Shown here: piece after piece, positions 46,346 through 54,910 of the stretch
How the letters are laid out: the number at the start of each line of letters is the position of its first letter
Position numbering within the stretch: position 1 is the first letter of the stretch
Source: Myxococcota bacterium
Lineage (GTDB): Bacteria; Myxococcota_A; UBA9160; UBA4427
Direction: 5' to 3'
Assembly: GCA_965250285.1 (NCBI GenBank)
Contig: OZ252299.1
Location: 5,312,001-5,376,000, forward strand
DNA length: 64,000 bases
Program-made: the position numbers and the translations under genes
Notes under the pieces: generated by a model
Databases searched by the model: none
What the model was told of the DNA's origin: nothing
The model's input: only the letters and a program-made list of their open reading frames with translations

Positions 46346-47674
46346 ATGTACCGACTCTTCTCGTGGGAACACAGCTACTTCTCGGGCAAGGTCAGAGCCT
46401 ACCTCCGTCACAAGCACCGGATGGGTGCACTCGGTGACGGTTTCGAGGATATCCTCGCGACCCAGGATCTGCTGGTGGGGCTCCTGCTGCCGAAGTCGGG
46501 CAGCCCGGCCGTGCCGCAGCTCGAAGCGCCCGACGGCACCTGGGTGGCCGATTCGAGCGACATCATCGACTTCGTCGAATCGCGGCACCCCGATGCGCCG
46601 GTGATCCCCGACCCGGCGACGCGGCCCCGTCAGTGCCTGGCCGCGCACCTGATCGAGCTGCTCGCCGACGAGTGGATGGTCGTCCCCGGCTTCTGGGAGC
46701 GCTGGTACTTCAGCGAAGACGGCCGCTCGCCGAGCCACCGCGCGTTCAACGAGCAGCAGTGGGGCGTGCTGATGGCAGCGGGGGCCGACGGCCCCGCGCG
46801 CCGGGCGGCCGGGGCCGGCTTCTTCGAGGCGGCGTTCAACATCTCGAAGGCGCGCACCGAGCCGCGCGGCGTCTACGCCGGGCTGGTCCATCTCGGTGTC
46901 GACGAGAAGACCGAGCTCGCGTGGCAGGCGGCGCAGCATCGCTGGCTCGGTCTGCTCGACACACACTTCGGCCATCACGACTACGCTCTCGGCGGTGCGC
47001 CGAGTCTCGCCGACTACGGCCTGCTGGCGCCGCTCTACGCCCACCTGTTTCGTGATGCGGTGCCGGGCTTCGCGCTGCGCGTGTTCTTTCCGGTGCTCGC
47101 CGAGTGGGTCGAACGGACGAACGGCGAGGGGGCGCTCAACGCCCGGATGAAGGGGCAGTCGCTCTACTCGATCGGCGAGTCGGGCGAGCTCGTCCCGCGG
47201 CCCGCGACCAGCGATGGCGGCGAGTGGCTCGGCGACGACGTCGTGCCCGAGACCCTGTGTCCGATGCTGGGCGTCTTCTTCGACGAGATGTGGCCAGTGC
47301 TCGACTCGGCCACGCGCACCCTGCGCGCCTACGTCGAGAGCGACGCGCATACGATCGGCGACGAGCTGCCCGGCAAGACCTTCCTCGCGACGCCGGGCTT
47401 CGAAGCGTTGCAGACGGGTGACGGTGCTCTGACTCACGCCTACGAGATCGAAGGCGTCGAGGGCCGACGCATGGTCGTGCCCTATCAGACCTGGATGCTT
47501 CAGCGCCTGCTCGGTGTGCTCGAGCGGTGCACGGCGAGCGAAGCCGGGCGGAGCGCCGTGCAGGATCTGCTCGCGGGGTTCGAGCGAGGCCCCGAGCTGC
47601 TCGGGCTCGGTGAGCTGCTCGGCGATCTGCGGGTGCGCAAGGCCGGGGCGCGGCTCTACTCGGCGCGCGCGTGA
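46346..47674 (+). CDS. Long glutathione S-transferase-like protein
   Basis: SYFSGKVRAYL, VPQL, DSSDII, LGGAPSLADYGL-APLYAHL-RD. Confidence 0.85.
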   Translation: MYRLFSWEHSYFSGKVRAYLRHKHRMGALGDGFEDILATQDLLVGLLLPKSGSPAVPQLEAPDGTWVADSSDIIDFVESRHPDAPVIPDPATRPRQCLAAHLIELLADEWMVVPGFWERWYFSEDGRSPSHRAFNEQQWGVLMAAGADGPARRAAGAGFFEAAFNISKARTEPRGVYAGLVHLGVDEKTELAWQAAQHRWLGLLDTHFGHHDYALGGAPSLADYGLLAPLYAHLFRDAVPGFALRVFFPVLAEWVERTNGEGALNARMKGQSLYSIGESGELVPRPATSDGGEWLGDDVVPETLCPMLGVFFDEMWPVLDSATRTLRAYVESDAHTIGDELPGKTFLATPGFEALQTGDGALTHAYEIEGVEGRRMVVPYQTWMLQRLLGVLERCTASEAGRSAVQDLLAGFERGPELLGLGELLGDLRVRKAGARLYSARA

Positions 47675-47697
47675 GATCTTCGCGTCAGGAGACTCGA

Positions 47698-48087
47698 ATG
47701 GACTACCAGCTGAACGTCGTGCGTGTCTTCGTGCGCGATTTCGAGCGCGCGCTCGACTTCTACACGAATACGCTCGAGATGCCGCTCGCGCTGCGGGCCG
47801 AGGGGTTCGAGTGGGCCCAGCTCGACACGGGCGCCGCGCAGCTCGCGATCGAGTGCACGCCGCCCGAAGACGATGCGGCCGAAGAAGAAGAGGCCGAAGA
47901 GCTGATCGGGCGCTACGTCGGCGTCTCGCTGCGGGTGGAAGACATCGATGACACGTACCGTCGCCTGCGCGACCGTGGCGTCGAGTTCGTCCGCGCGCCG
48001 ACGCGCATGCCCTGGGGCGGCGTGCTGGCCGACCTGCGAGATCCCGACGGCAACGTGCTGACGCTGCTCGGCGAGCCGAAGACTTGA
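47698..48087 (+). CDS. VOC family protein
   Basis: FYTNTL, PWGG, RDPDGNVL; AGGAG RBS. Confidence 0.88.
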   Translation: MDYQLNVVRVFVRDFERALDFYTNTLEMPLALRAEGFEWAQLDTGAAQLAIECTPPEDDAAEEEEAEELIGRYVGVSLRVEDIDDTYRRLRDRGVEFVRAPTRMPWGGVLADLRDPDGNVLTLLGEPKT

Positions 48088-48154
48088 GCGCCGACCACGC
48101 GGGCGGGCGAGCGGGCGCGCACGCGAGCCGGTCAGTCAACGAGAGCGACTCGAA

Positions 48155-49618
48155 GTGAGCGATCGAAGAGACTACGGGCGCCCCACCGACGTGCGGGCGG
48201 TCGACCGCGTCGACACGTGGCACGACGAGGCCGACGTGATCGTCGTGGGCCTGGGCGCGGCGGGCGCCTGCGCCGCGATCGGCGCGCGCGAGTCGGGGGC
48301 CGACGTGCTCGTGCTCGAGCGCGCCGGCGGCGGCGGCGGCACCTCGGCGAACTCGACGGGCGAGGTCTACCTGGGCGGCGGCACTCCGGTGCAGCTCGCC
48401 TGCGGGTTCGAAGACTCGCCCGACGAGATGTACCGCTATCTCATGGCCGCCTGTGGGCCCGAGCCCGACCAAGCGAAGATCAGGCTCTATGCCGACGCCT
48501 CGGTCGAGCACTTTCACTGGCTGGAAGGGCTGGGCGTCCCGTTCAAGCGCAGCTACTACGCCGACGGTTCGTACATCCCCACCGACGATTGCCTCGCGTG
48601 GTCGGGCAGTGAGCTCAACACCCGCTACGCCGCGCATGCGAAGCCGGCACCGCGGGGTCACTCCGCCCAGAAGGAGGGCATCGAGGCAGGCGCCGAGCTG
48701 ATGCGGGCGCTCTGCGCCGCGACCGAGGCGAGTGGTGCGCGCATCGAGTCGAACGTGCGGGTCGAGACCCTGGTGCAGGCGGCCGATCGTACGGTCGTCG
48801 GCGTCGTCGCGCGTGTCGAAGGCGAAGAGCGCTGCCTGCGTGCTGGCCACGGCGTTGTGCTCTGCGCGGGCGGCTTCATCAACAACGCCGAGATGGTGGC
48901 GCGACACGCACCCTGGCTCGCACGGTGCAAGATGCGGCTCGCGGTCGATGGCGACGACGGGCGGGGGATCCGCATGGGGCAGGGGGCGGGCGGCGAGGCG
49001 ATCCGCATGGACACCGCCTGCATCGTGTTGCCGTTCACCGTGCCGAAGAAGCACATCCAGGGCGTGATGGTGAACGCGCAGGGGCAGCGCTTCATCAACG
49101 AAGATGCGTATCAGTCCGACGTCGGTGAGGCGGCGCTGCGTCACCAGGATGGTCAGGTCTGGCTGATCGTCGACGACTCGTTCTACGAGGTGCCGTTCCC
49201 GCCGGCCGAAATCGCCGGTGTGGGCGAGACGATCGAAGAGCTCGAGCGCGAGGTCGGCTTCGCCGAAGGCGCGCTCCAGCAGACGATCGACTACTACAAC
49301 GCGCACGCCGAGAAGGGCCAAGACCCGCTCTTTGGCAAGACGGCCGAGTTTCTGAAGCCGCTCGTCACGCCGCCCTTCGCGGCGCTCGACTATCGCGTCG
49401 ACCATTCGCTCTGGAGCGTCTTCACGATGGGCGGCTTGCACACGTCGGTCGACGGTGAGGTGCTGTCGGCCGATGGCGACCGAATCCCGGGGCTCTTTGC
49501 CGCCGGCCGCACGACGTCGGGGCTCGCCGCCCAGGGCTACTCGAGCGGGCTCTCGCTCGCCGACGGCACCTTCTTCGGCCGGCGCGCCGGCCGGGCGGCG
49601 GCCACGCGACCCGGCTGA
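48155..49618 (+). CDS. FAD-dependent oxidoreductase (3-ketosteroid dehydrogenase/flavocytochrome c-like)
   Basis: VVGLGAAG, GGGTS, LCAGGF, GQRFINE, FTMGGL, IPGLFAAG. Confidence 0.85.
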   Translation: MSDRRDYGRPTDVRAVDRVDTWHDEADVIVVGLGAAGACAAIGARESGADVLVLERAGGGGGTSANSTGEVYLGGGTPVQLACGFEDSPDEMYRYLMAACGPEPDQAKIRLYADASVEHFHWLEGLGVPFKRSYYADGSYIPTDDCLAWSGSELNTRYAAHAKPAPRGHSAQKEGIEAGAELMRALCAATEASGARIESNVRVETLVQAADRTVVGVVARVEGEERCLRAGHGVVLCAGGFINNAEMVARHAPWLARCKMRLAVDGDDGRGIRMGQGAGGEAIRMDTACIVLPFTVPKKHIQGVMVNAQGQRFINEDAYQSDVGEAALRHQDGQVWLIVDDSFYEVPFPPAEIAGVGETIEELEREVGFAEGALQQTIDYYNAHAEKGQDPLFGKTAEFLKPLVTPPFAALDYRVDHSLWSVFTMGGLHTSVDGEVLSADGDRIPGLFAAGRTTSGLAAQGYSSGLSLADGTFFGRRAGRAAATRPG

Positions 49619-49628
49619 CGCCCGCGGT

Positions 49629-50072
49629 TCAGCTCTGCATCTTCTCGAGCATCGCCTTCATGTGGGCGTGCATCATGTTCACGGCCTGCAGTGGGCGGAT
49701 CAGCACCTTGAACTCGGTGATCTGGCCGTTGTCGTCGCAGGTGATCATGTCGACGCCGTTCACGTACTTGCCGCCGACGGTGGCCTCGAACTCGAGCACG
49801 GCCGTGTGTCCTTGCAGCACCTCGGTGCGGTAGCCGAAGCCGCCCTCGTTCTTCTCGGCGGCGTCCTTGAACGAGTCTTCGCTCGGCTCCTTGCTGCCGG
49901 TGAACGTCGAGCCCGCGGCCTGGAGGTACATCTTGGTGACCTCCTTGCCCTTCTGCGGGGTGAAGACGATCGGCGAGTAGAAGACGCAGTCGTCGTGGAG
50001 GAGGGTGTCGAGGCCTCCTTCGAGCTCGCCGCGCAGATGCTTGTGCCAATTCTCGATGCACTTCTCGATCAT
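49629..50072 (-). CDS. NTF2/SnoaL-like protein
   Basis: FYSPIVFTPQKGK, LEFE, NGVD, FKVLIRPL. Confidence 0.85.
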   Translation of the reverse strand: MIEKCIENWHKHLRGELEGGLDTLLHDDCVFYSPIVFTPQKGKEVTKMYLQAAGSTFTGSKEPSEDSFKDAAEKNEGGFGYRTEVLQGHTAVLEFEATVGGKYVNGVDMITCDDNGQITEFKVLIRPLQAVNMMHAHMKAMLEKMQS

Positions 50073-50141
50073 CGTGTTCTCCTTCTTCGGGAGGGGCAGG
50101 CTAGTGCAGGGAGGGACGCGGTCAATGCGCCCTCGACCGCC

Positions 50142-51179
50142 TCAGCCCGCATCCGGACGGGGTGCTTCGAACGGACGCCGCGGCTCGCCGCGCTCACCGG
50201 CGAGCGTCGCCAGCTGGTGCCAGGCGTAACCTCGGCTCATGCCGTCGAGCAGCGCGCGTTCATCGACCTGCGCGCGGGCGCGCCATGCCGTCCGAGCCGC
50301 CCGGGTCTCACGACGTCCGCGCAGCGCATCGCGCATCGCACGCAGCTTGGCCCCGATGAAGCGCGGCCCCTTGAGCAGCGTGTAGCCGATCATCATGAGC
50401 TCGGTCAGCGCGAGCATCGGCGCGATGCGCGTGCGGCCGCGCGACCCCAGCGCGGTCGCGAGCAGCCACCAGCGGTTGCGCTCGAGCAGGTAGAGCTTGT
50501 CGGGGTGCATCGAGAGCCGATAGGCGTGCCGCATCGCCGACTGCGGAACGCAGGCCATGGCGTACCCCATCGAGCGCAGTGCCCACGAGAGGCGCACGTC
50601 CTCGTGGTAGAGAAAACCGCGCTCGTCGAGCCCGCCGAGTCGCAACAGCACGTCGCGCCGGCACACGAGCGCCGCGCCCTGCACGCCCGCGACCTCGAAC
50701 GGCGCTTGGGGCACGGCGCTTCGAGAGAGGCCCAGACCGCGGTTGAAGGCGAGGCCCGAGACGTTCAGGTCGAGTCCGGTTGCGTTCACGCGCTCGCCAT
50801 CCTCGAGCAGCAGCAGCGGATTCACGGCGGCGACCTCGGGATGGGCATCGAGGTGCGCGACCAGGGGAGCGAGCCAGCCCGGCTCGGCCTCGAGATCCAT
50901 GTTGAAGAGGCCGACGTAGTGGCCAGCACAGCGGTCGAGCACCAGATTGAGGGCGCCGGCATACCCGAGGTTGACCGGGCTCGCGACGACCTCGACGTCG
51001 TCGCGGTCGGCGGCGAAGGCGCGCATGGCGTCGAGGCTTCCGTCGTCCGACGCGTTGTCGACGGCAAAGACTTCGACGTCGACGCCGGGAGCGGCGACGA
51101 GCGACGCGAGGCAGGCGATGATCCGCCCCGACCCCTGATGGTTGACGACGACGAGGGAGACCGCCGGCGCGTCGCTCAA
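50142..51179 (-). CDS. GT2 family glycosyltransferase
   Basis: VDNASDDGS, NLGYAGA, NMD, FLYHEDV; TTG start overlapping the upstream stop. Confidence 0.88.
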   Translation of the reverse strand: MSDAPAVSLVVVNHQGSGRIIACLASLVAAPGVDVEVFAVDNASDDGSLDAMRAFAADRDDVEVVASPVNLGYAGALNLVLDRCAGHYVGLFNMDLEAEPGWLAPLVAHLDAHPEVAAVNPLLLLEDGERVNATGLDLNVSGLAFNRGLGLSRSAVPQAPFEVAGVQGAALVCRRDVLLRLGGLDERGFLYHEDVRLSWALRSMGYAMACVPQSAMRHAYRLSMHPDKLYLLERNRWWLLATALGSRGRTRIAPMLALTELMMIGYTLLKGPRFIGAKLRAMRDALRGRRETRAARTAWRARAQVDERALLDGMSRGYAWHQLATLAGERGEPRRPFEAPRPDAG

Positions 51180-52153
51180 CGGCCGCGCTTTCGAATCAGC
51201 GCCGCGAGCTCGACGGCGCGCCGATTGATCGACGAGAGCAGCACGCCGAGCGAGAGCGAGAGGGCTGCCAGAATGAAGAACGCGGCGGCGAGCACTGCCC
51301 GGGGCAGGTGGTGGACGAAGCCCGTGCGGACGTAGTCGTCGATGGGCGCCCAGCCGCTCGAGAGCGAGGCCAGGGTCAGCAGCAGCGTGAGCAGGCCGAA
51401 GAACGCCATCGGTCGGTAGTCGCGAAAGAGGATCATGATCTCGCGGGCGATGTGGAACCCGTCGTGGAACGTCCGCAGCTTGCTGTGACTCTCGTTCGCC
51501 CGCGCCCGGTACTCGACCGGGATCTCGATGACCTGGAAGCCGTGCACTTGCGCCTGCACCGAGATCTCGGCCTCGACGTCGAACCCCGTCGCGACGAGCG
51601 GTGTGGTGTCGAGGAAACGCTTCGAGAGCACCCGGTAGCCGCTGAAGAGGTCGCGCGTGCGGATACCAAAGAGCAGGCGCACGAGCGCGATGAAGAGCCG
51701 GTTGCCGACCGAGTGCCCCGGCCGGAACGCCTCCGGTGCGTCGACCTCGAGGCGGGTGCCGATCACGACATCGGCGTTCGACTCGATGGCTGCCTGGAGC
51801 AGGTCGCCGACGCAGTCGGCGGGGTACGTGTCGTCGCCGTCGACCATGACGACGTGGTCGGCGTTGGCCACCGCGGCGAAGCCGGTCAACAGCGCGAAGC
51901 CCTTGCCGACCCGCGATTCGTGCAGCACGCGCGCGCCCGCGCGGGCCGCGTCGTCGGCGGTGTCGTCGGTCGACGCATTGTCGACCACGACGATGTCGGC
52001 GTCCGGCAGCGCCGCGCGAAAGCCGTGGATCACACGGGCGATGCTCGTCGCCTCGTTGTGACACGGGATCACGACGGCGACGCGACTCGGGCTCGTCTCC
52101 GGCTCGGCCGGAGACGCCGGATCGCCCACGAGCTGATGCCCAGCCTCGGCCAT
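51176..52153 (-). CDS. GT2 polyprenyl-phosphate glycosyltransferase (DPM/GtrB/ArnC-like) with 2 C-terminal TM segments
   Basis: IPCHNE, DNASTD, GKG, VDGDDTY, DLFSGYR, EIPVEYRAR, SKL. Confidence 0.88.
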   Translation of the reverse strand: MAEAGHQLVGDPASPAEPETSPSRVAVVIPCHNEATSIARVIHGFRAALPDADIVVVDNASTDDTADDAARAGARVLHESRVGKGFALLTGFAAVANADHVVMVDGDDTYPADCVGDLLQAAIESNADVVIGTRLEVDAPEAFRPGHSVGNRLFIALVRLLFGIRTRDLFSGYRVLSKRFLDTTPLVATGFDVEAEISVQAQVHGFQVIEIPVEYRARANESHSKLRTFHDGFHIAREIMILFRDYRPMAFFGLLTLLLTLASLSSGWAPIDDYVRTGFVHHLPRAVLAAAFFILAALSLSLGVLLSSINRRAVELAALIRKRGR

Positions 52154-52329
52154 GGCGAGAGTCTACCGCGCGCCGAGGGCGAAGGCGTCCGTTTCGGCCC
52201 GCGTGCGGCTCGTGACGACACCCGAGCTGCAAGCGGCCTGCATAGTTGGCGTCGCGCTGCACTCGGCTGCACAGCCCCCGCGCCCCGGGTGATAGAGTGG
52301 CGCGAGGTGTCGGCGACGGGGAGCGGCTG

Positions 52330-53394
52330 ATGGAAGTCGGGATCCTGCAGATCTTTCAGAACTACCGGGGCACGAAGGACGACCACCAGGTCGTGCAGGA
52401 CGAGCTGCACCTGGCGATTCGGGCCGACGAGCTCGGCTTCGACAAGGTGTGGGCGGTCGAGCACCACTTCAGCGATTACGCCGCGTGCCCCGACAACTTC
52501 ACGTACCTCGCGATGGTCGCCGGTCAGACCGAGCGCGTGAAGCTGGGCACCGGCGCCGTGATCCTGCCCTGGAACGACCCCTTGCGTGTGGCCGAGAAGA
52601 TCTCGTTTCTCGATCACCTCTCGAACGGGCGACTGGTCGTCGGTCTCGGCCGCGGCCTCTCGCGCATCGAGTACGGACACTTCGGGATCGACATGGGCGA
52701 GAGTCGCGAGCGCTTCGACGAGGCGGCGCGCATGGTCATCGACGCACTCGAGACGGGCGTGATCGAGGGCGATGGCCCCTTCTATCCCCAGGTGCGCACC
52801 GAGATCCGGCCGCGGCCGCGGGGCGGCATTCGCGACCGACTCTATTGCGTGGGCATGTCGCCCGACTCGGTCGACCAGGCGGCGCTGCTCGGCGGTCGCC
52901 TCACCACGTTCACGCAGTCGCTGTGGGAGCTGTACAAGGACGGCCCGCTCAAACAGTGGCGCGAGCTCTACCAGAAGACCCACGGCGTCGCGCCGCCGCC
53001 GCCGCTGACGGGCGATCTGATGTACTGCCACCCCGATCGGTCCGTCGCCAAAGAGCGCGGCATCGAGCTGATGACGAACTACTTTCTCACGATCGTGAAG
53101 CACTACGAGATCATGAGCGATCACTTCGAGCACACGAAGGGCTACGACGCATACGCCAGCGCGGCCGAGGCCTTCGAGGCCGTCGGCCTCGAGACGGCGG
53201 CCCGCACCTATTGCGGCGTGAACTCGTGGGGCGACCCCGGACGCTTGATCGAGCAGCTCAGGTGGCGGCGCGAACTCATCGGCGACTTCGAGCTGAACGT
53301 GATCTCGAACTACGGCGGGATGCCCCGCGACGAGGCCGAGGCGAGCCTCGAGCTCTTCGCCCGCGAGGTGCTGCCCGAGGTGCAGAGCTGGTAG
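52330..53394 (+). CDS. LLM class flavin-dependent oxidoreductase
   Basis: ADELGFDKVWAVEHHF, LPWNDPLRVAE, LDHLSNGR, GLGRG. Confidence 0.92.
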   Translation: MEVGILQIFQNYRGTKDDHQVVQDELHLAIRADELGFDKVWAVEHHFSDYAACPDNFTYLAMVAGQTERVKLGTGAVILPWNDPLRVAEKISFLDHLSNGRLVVGLGRGLSRIEYGHFGIDMGESRERFDEAARMVIDALETGVIEGDGPFYPQVRTEIRPRPRGGIRDRLYCVGMSPDSVDQAALLGGRLTTFTQSLWELYKDGPLKQWRELYQKTHGVAPPPPLTGDLMYCHPDRSVAKERGIELMTNYFLTIVKHYEIMSDHFEHTKGYDAYASAAEAFEAVGLETAARTYCGVNSWGDPGRLIEQLRWRRELIGDFELNVISNYGGMPRDEAEASLELFAREVLPEVQSW

Positions 53395-53506
53395 CCCCTG
53401 GGCTGGGCGTCTGATCGGCCGCCCCGTGTGCGCGCGCAGCGGCTCTTGGCCGCGCGCGCAGCGGGCATTGGGCAGCCGCGCGGGCCCGCGGTATACCTCC
53501 ACGGCC

Positions 53507-54157
53507 ATGCCTGACGACCCCCGCCCCGAAGCGCGCCGCAAGGCGCCGAAACGCACGAAGCACCCCGAGATTCACTGCAACCTCGCGCTCATCGGCGGCC
53601 GGGGCTGCGGCAAGACCTCGATCTCGAAGCGCATTGCGCTCGCGAACCGCGGCTTTCAGTTCTTCTCGACCGACGCGCTGATTCGGTACGAGGCGGGCGG
53701 GCAAACGATCCCCGAGATCGTTGAAGCGCACGGTTGGCGTCGCTTTCGCGATCTCGAGTTCGAGGTGCTCGACAAGCTCGTGAAGATGCGCAGCGGCGTG
53801 TTGCTCGATTGCGGCGGCGGCATCACCGTCGATCTCGACGAGCAGGGCGACGAGATCTTCAGCGAGCGCAAGGTCGAGCGACTGCGCGCCGACAGCATCG
53901 TCGTCTATCTCAAGCGCGATCATCAGTTTCTGGCCGACAAGATCGCGGGCGACACGAATCGGCCCGACCTGTCAGAGACGAAGTCGTTCCTCGAGATCAT
54001 GGCGCGGCGCGAGCCCTGGTACGTGCAGGCTGCGCATCACGTCGTCGAATGCGGCGACGCGTCGAAGAACGAGATCGCGACCGAGATTCTCAAGATCTTC
54101 TACCACGAGAACGGTCACGATCTCTCGAAGGTGAAGCTCAAGCCGATCGACGCCTGA
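53507..54157 (+). CDS. aroK: Shikimate kinase (divergent)
   Basis: GGRGCGKTS, STDALI, GWRRFRDLE, DCGGG, NRP, REPWY. Confidence 0.8.
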   Translation: MPDDPRPEARRKAPKRTKHPEIHCNLALIGGRGCGKTSISKRIALANRGFQFFSTDALIRYEAGGQTIPEIVEAHGWRRFRDLEFEVLDKLVKMRSGVLLDCGGGITVDLDEQGDEIFSERKVERLRADSIVVYLKRDHQFLADKIAGDTNRPDLSETKSFLEIMARREPWYVQAAHHVVECGDASKNEIATEILKIFYHENGHDLSKVKLKPIDA

Positions 54158-54182
54158 GCGCCGACGCGCGACGAGGAGCCTC

Positions 54183-54896
54183 ATGTCCGAGCTGGGTGAT
54201 CGCCCTGGAAGACTCGGCCGCACGCTCGCGGCGATGGTGGTGCTCGGCCTCTTCTTTCTGGCGACGCGCTGGCTGCGCGATCAGCTCGGGCTCGAGATGT
54301 CGGCCGAGTCGATCCAGGCGACGGTGCGTCGCTTCGGCGTGTGGGCGCCGCTCGGCTATCTCGGGCTCGTGTCGGTGCGCCAGTTTCTGGCCCTGCCTTC
54401 GGTGCTCGTGCTCGGTTCGGCCGGGTTGCTCTTCGGTACCGAGCTCGGCGCGCTGATCGGCGGCGTCGGCATGACGATCAACGCGTTCGTGATGTTCGGG
54501 ATCGCCCGCCATATGGGCGCCGATTGGGTCCGCAAGCGCCTTCATCAACGGTTTCCGAACTTCGAGGATCGCGCGCGTACCGCCGGCCCCTTCGTGATCG
54601 CGCTGGCGACGGGGCATCCGATGGGTCCGCAGACGGCGTTCCACTTCGGAGCCGGCGTCACGCCGATTCGAGCCTTCGTCTTCGGCCTGGTCGTCCTGCC
54701 AGCCGCGCTCTTTCGGGCCACCTGCTACGCCTACCTCGGCGCTCACATCCTCGAACCGACGTCGCCGAAGTTCTGGTTGACGAGCCTGCTCCTCATCGTG
54801 CTCTCGGTGGCGCCGCTCGCGCACCGGGGGCTGCGTGAGCGGCTCTTCGGCCGCACGCCGGCGCGGCCCGCCGTGCCGCTGCCGAGCGACGACTGA
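54183..54896 (+). CDS. TVP38/TMEM64 (VTT/DedA) membrane protein
   Basis: ALPS...AGLLFG...G, FGIARHMG, re-entrant helix pattern. Confidence 0.82.
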   Translation: MSELGDRPGRLGRTLAAMVVLGLFFLATRWLRDQLGLEMSAESIQATVRRFGVWAPLGYLGLVSVRQFLALPSVLVLGSAGLLFGTELGALIGGVGMTINAFVMFGIARHMGADWVRKRLHQRFPNFEDRARTAGPFVIALATGHPMGPQTAFHFGAGVTPIRAFVFGLVVLPAALFRATCYAYLGAHILEPTSPKFWLTSLLLIVLSVAPLAHRGLRERLFGRTPARPAVPLPSDD

Positions 54897-54910
54897 TCGG
54901 GCGATCCGCC

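Noticed and set aside
29463..48087. Classical integron cassette array
   Set aside because: No intI, no recurring RYYYAAC...GTTRRRY attC structures; many genes overlap or have their own promoters.
50142..52262. 706-aa glycosyltransferase
   Set aside because: The N-terminal half is an alternative frame over the upstream GT2; the real domain starts at the TTG at 51179.
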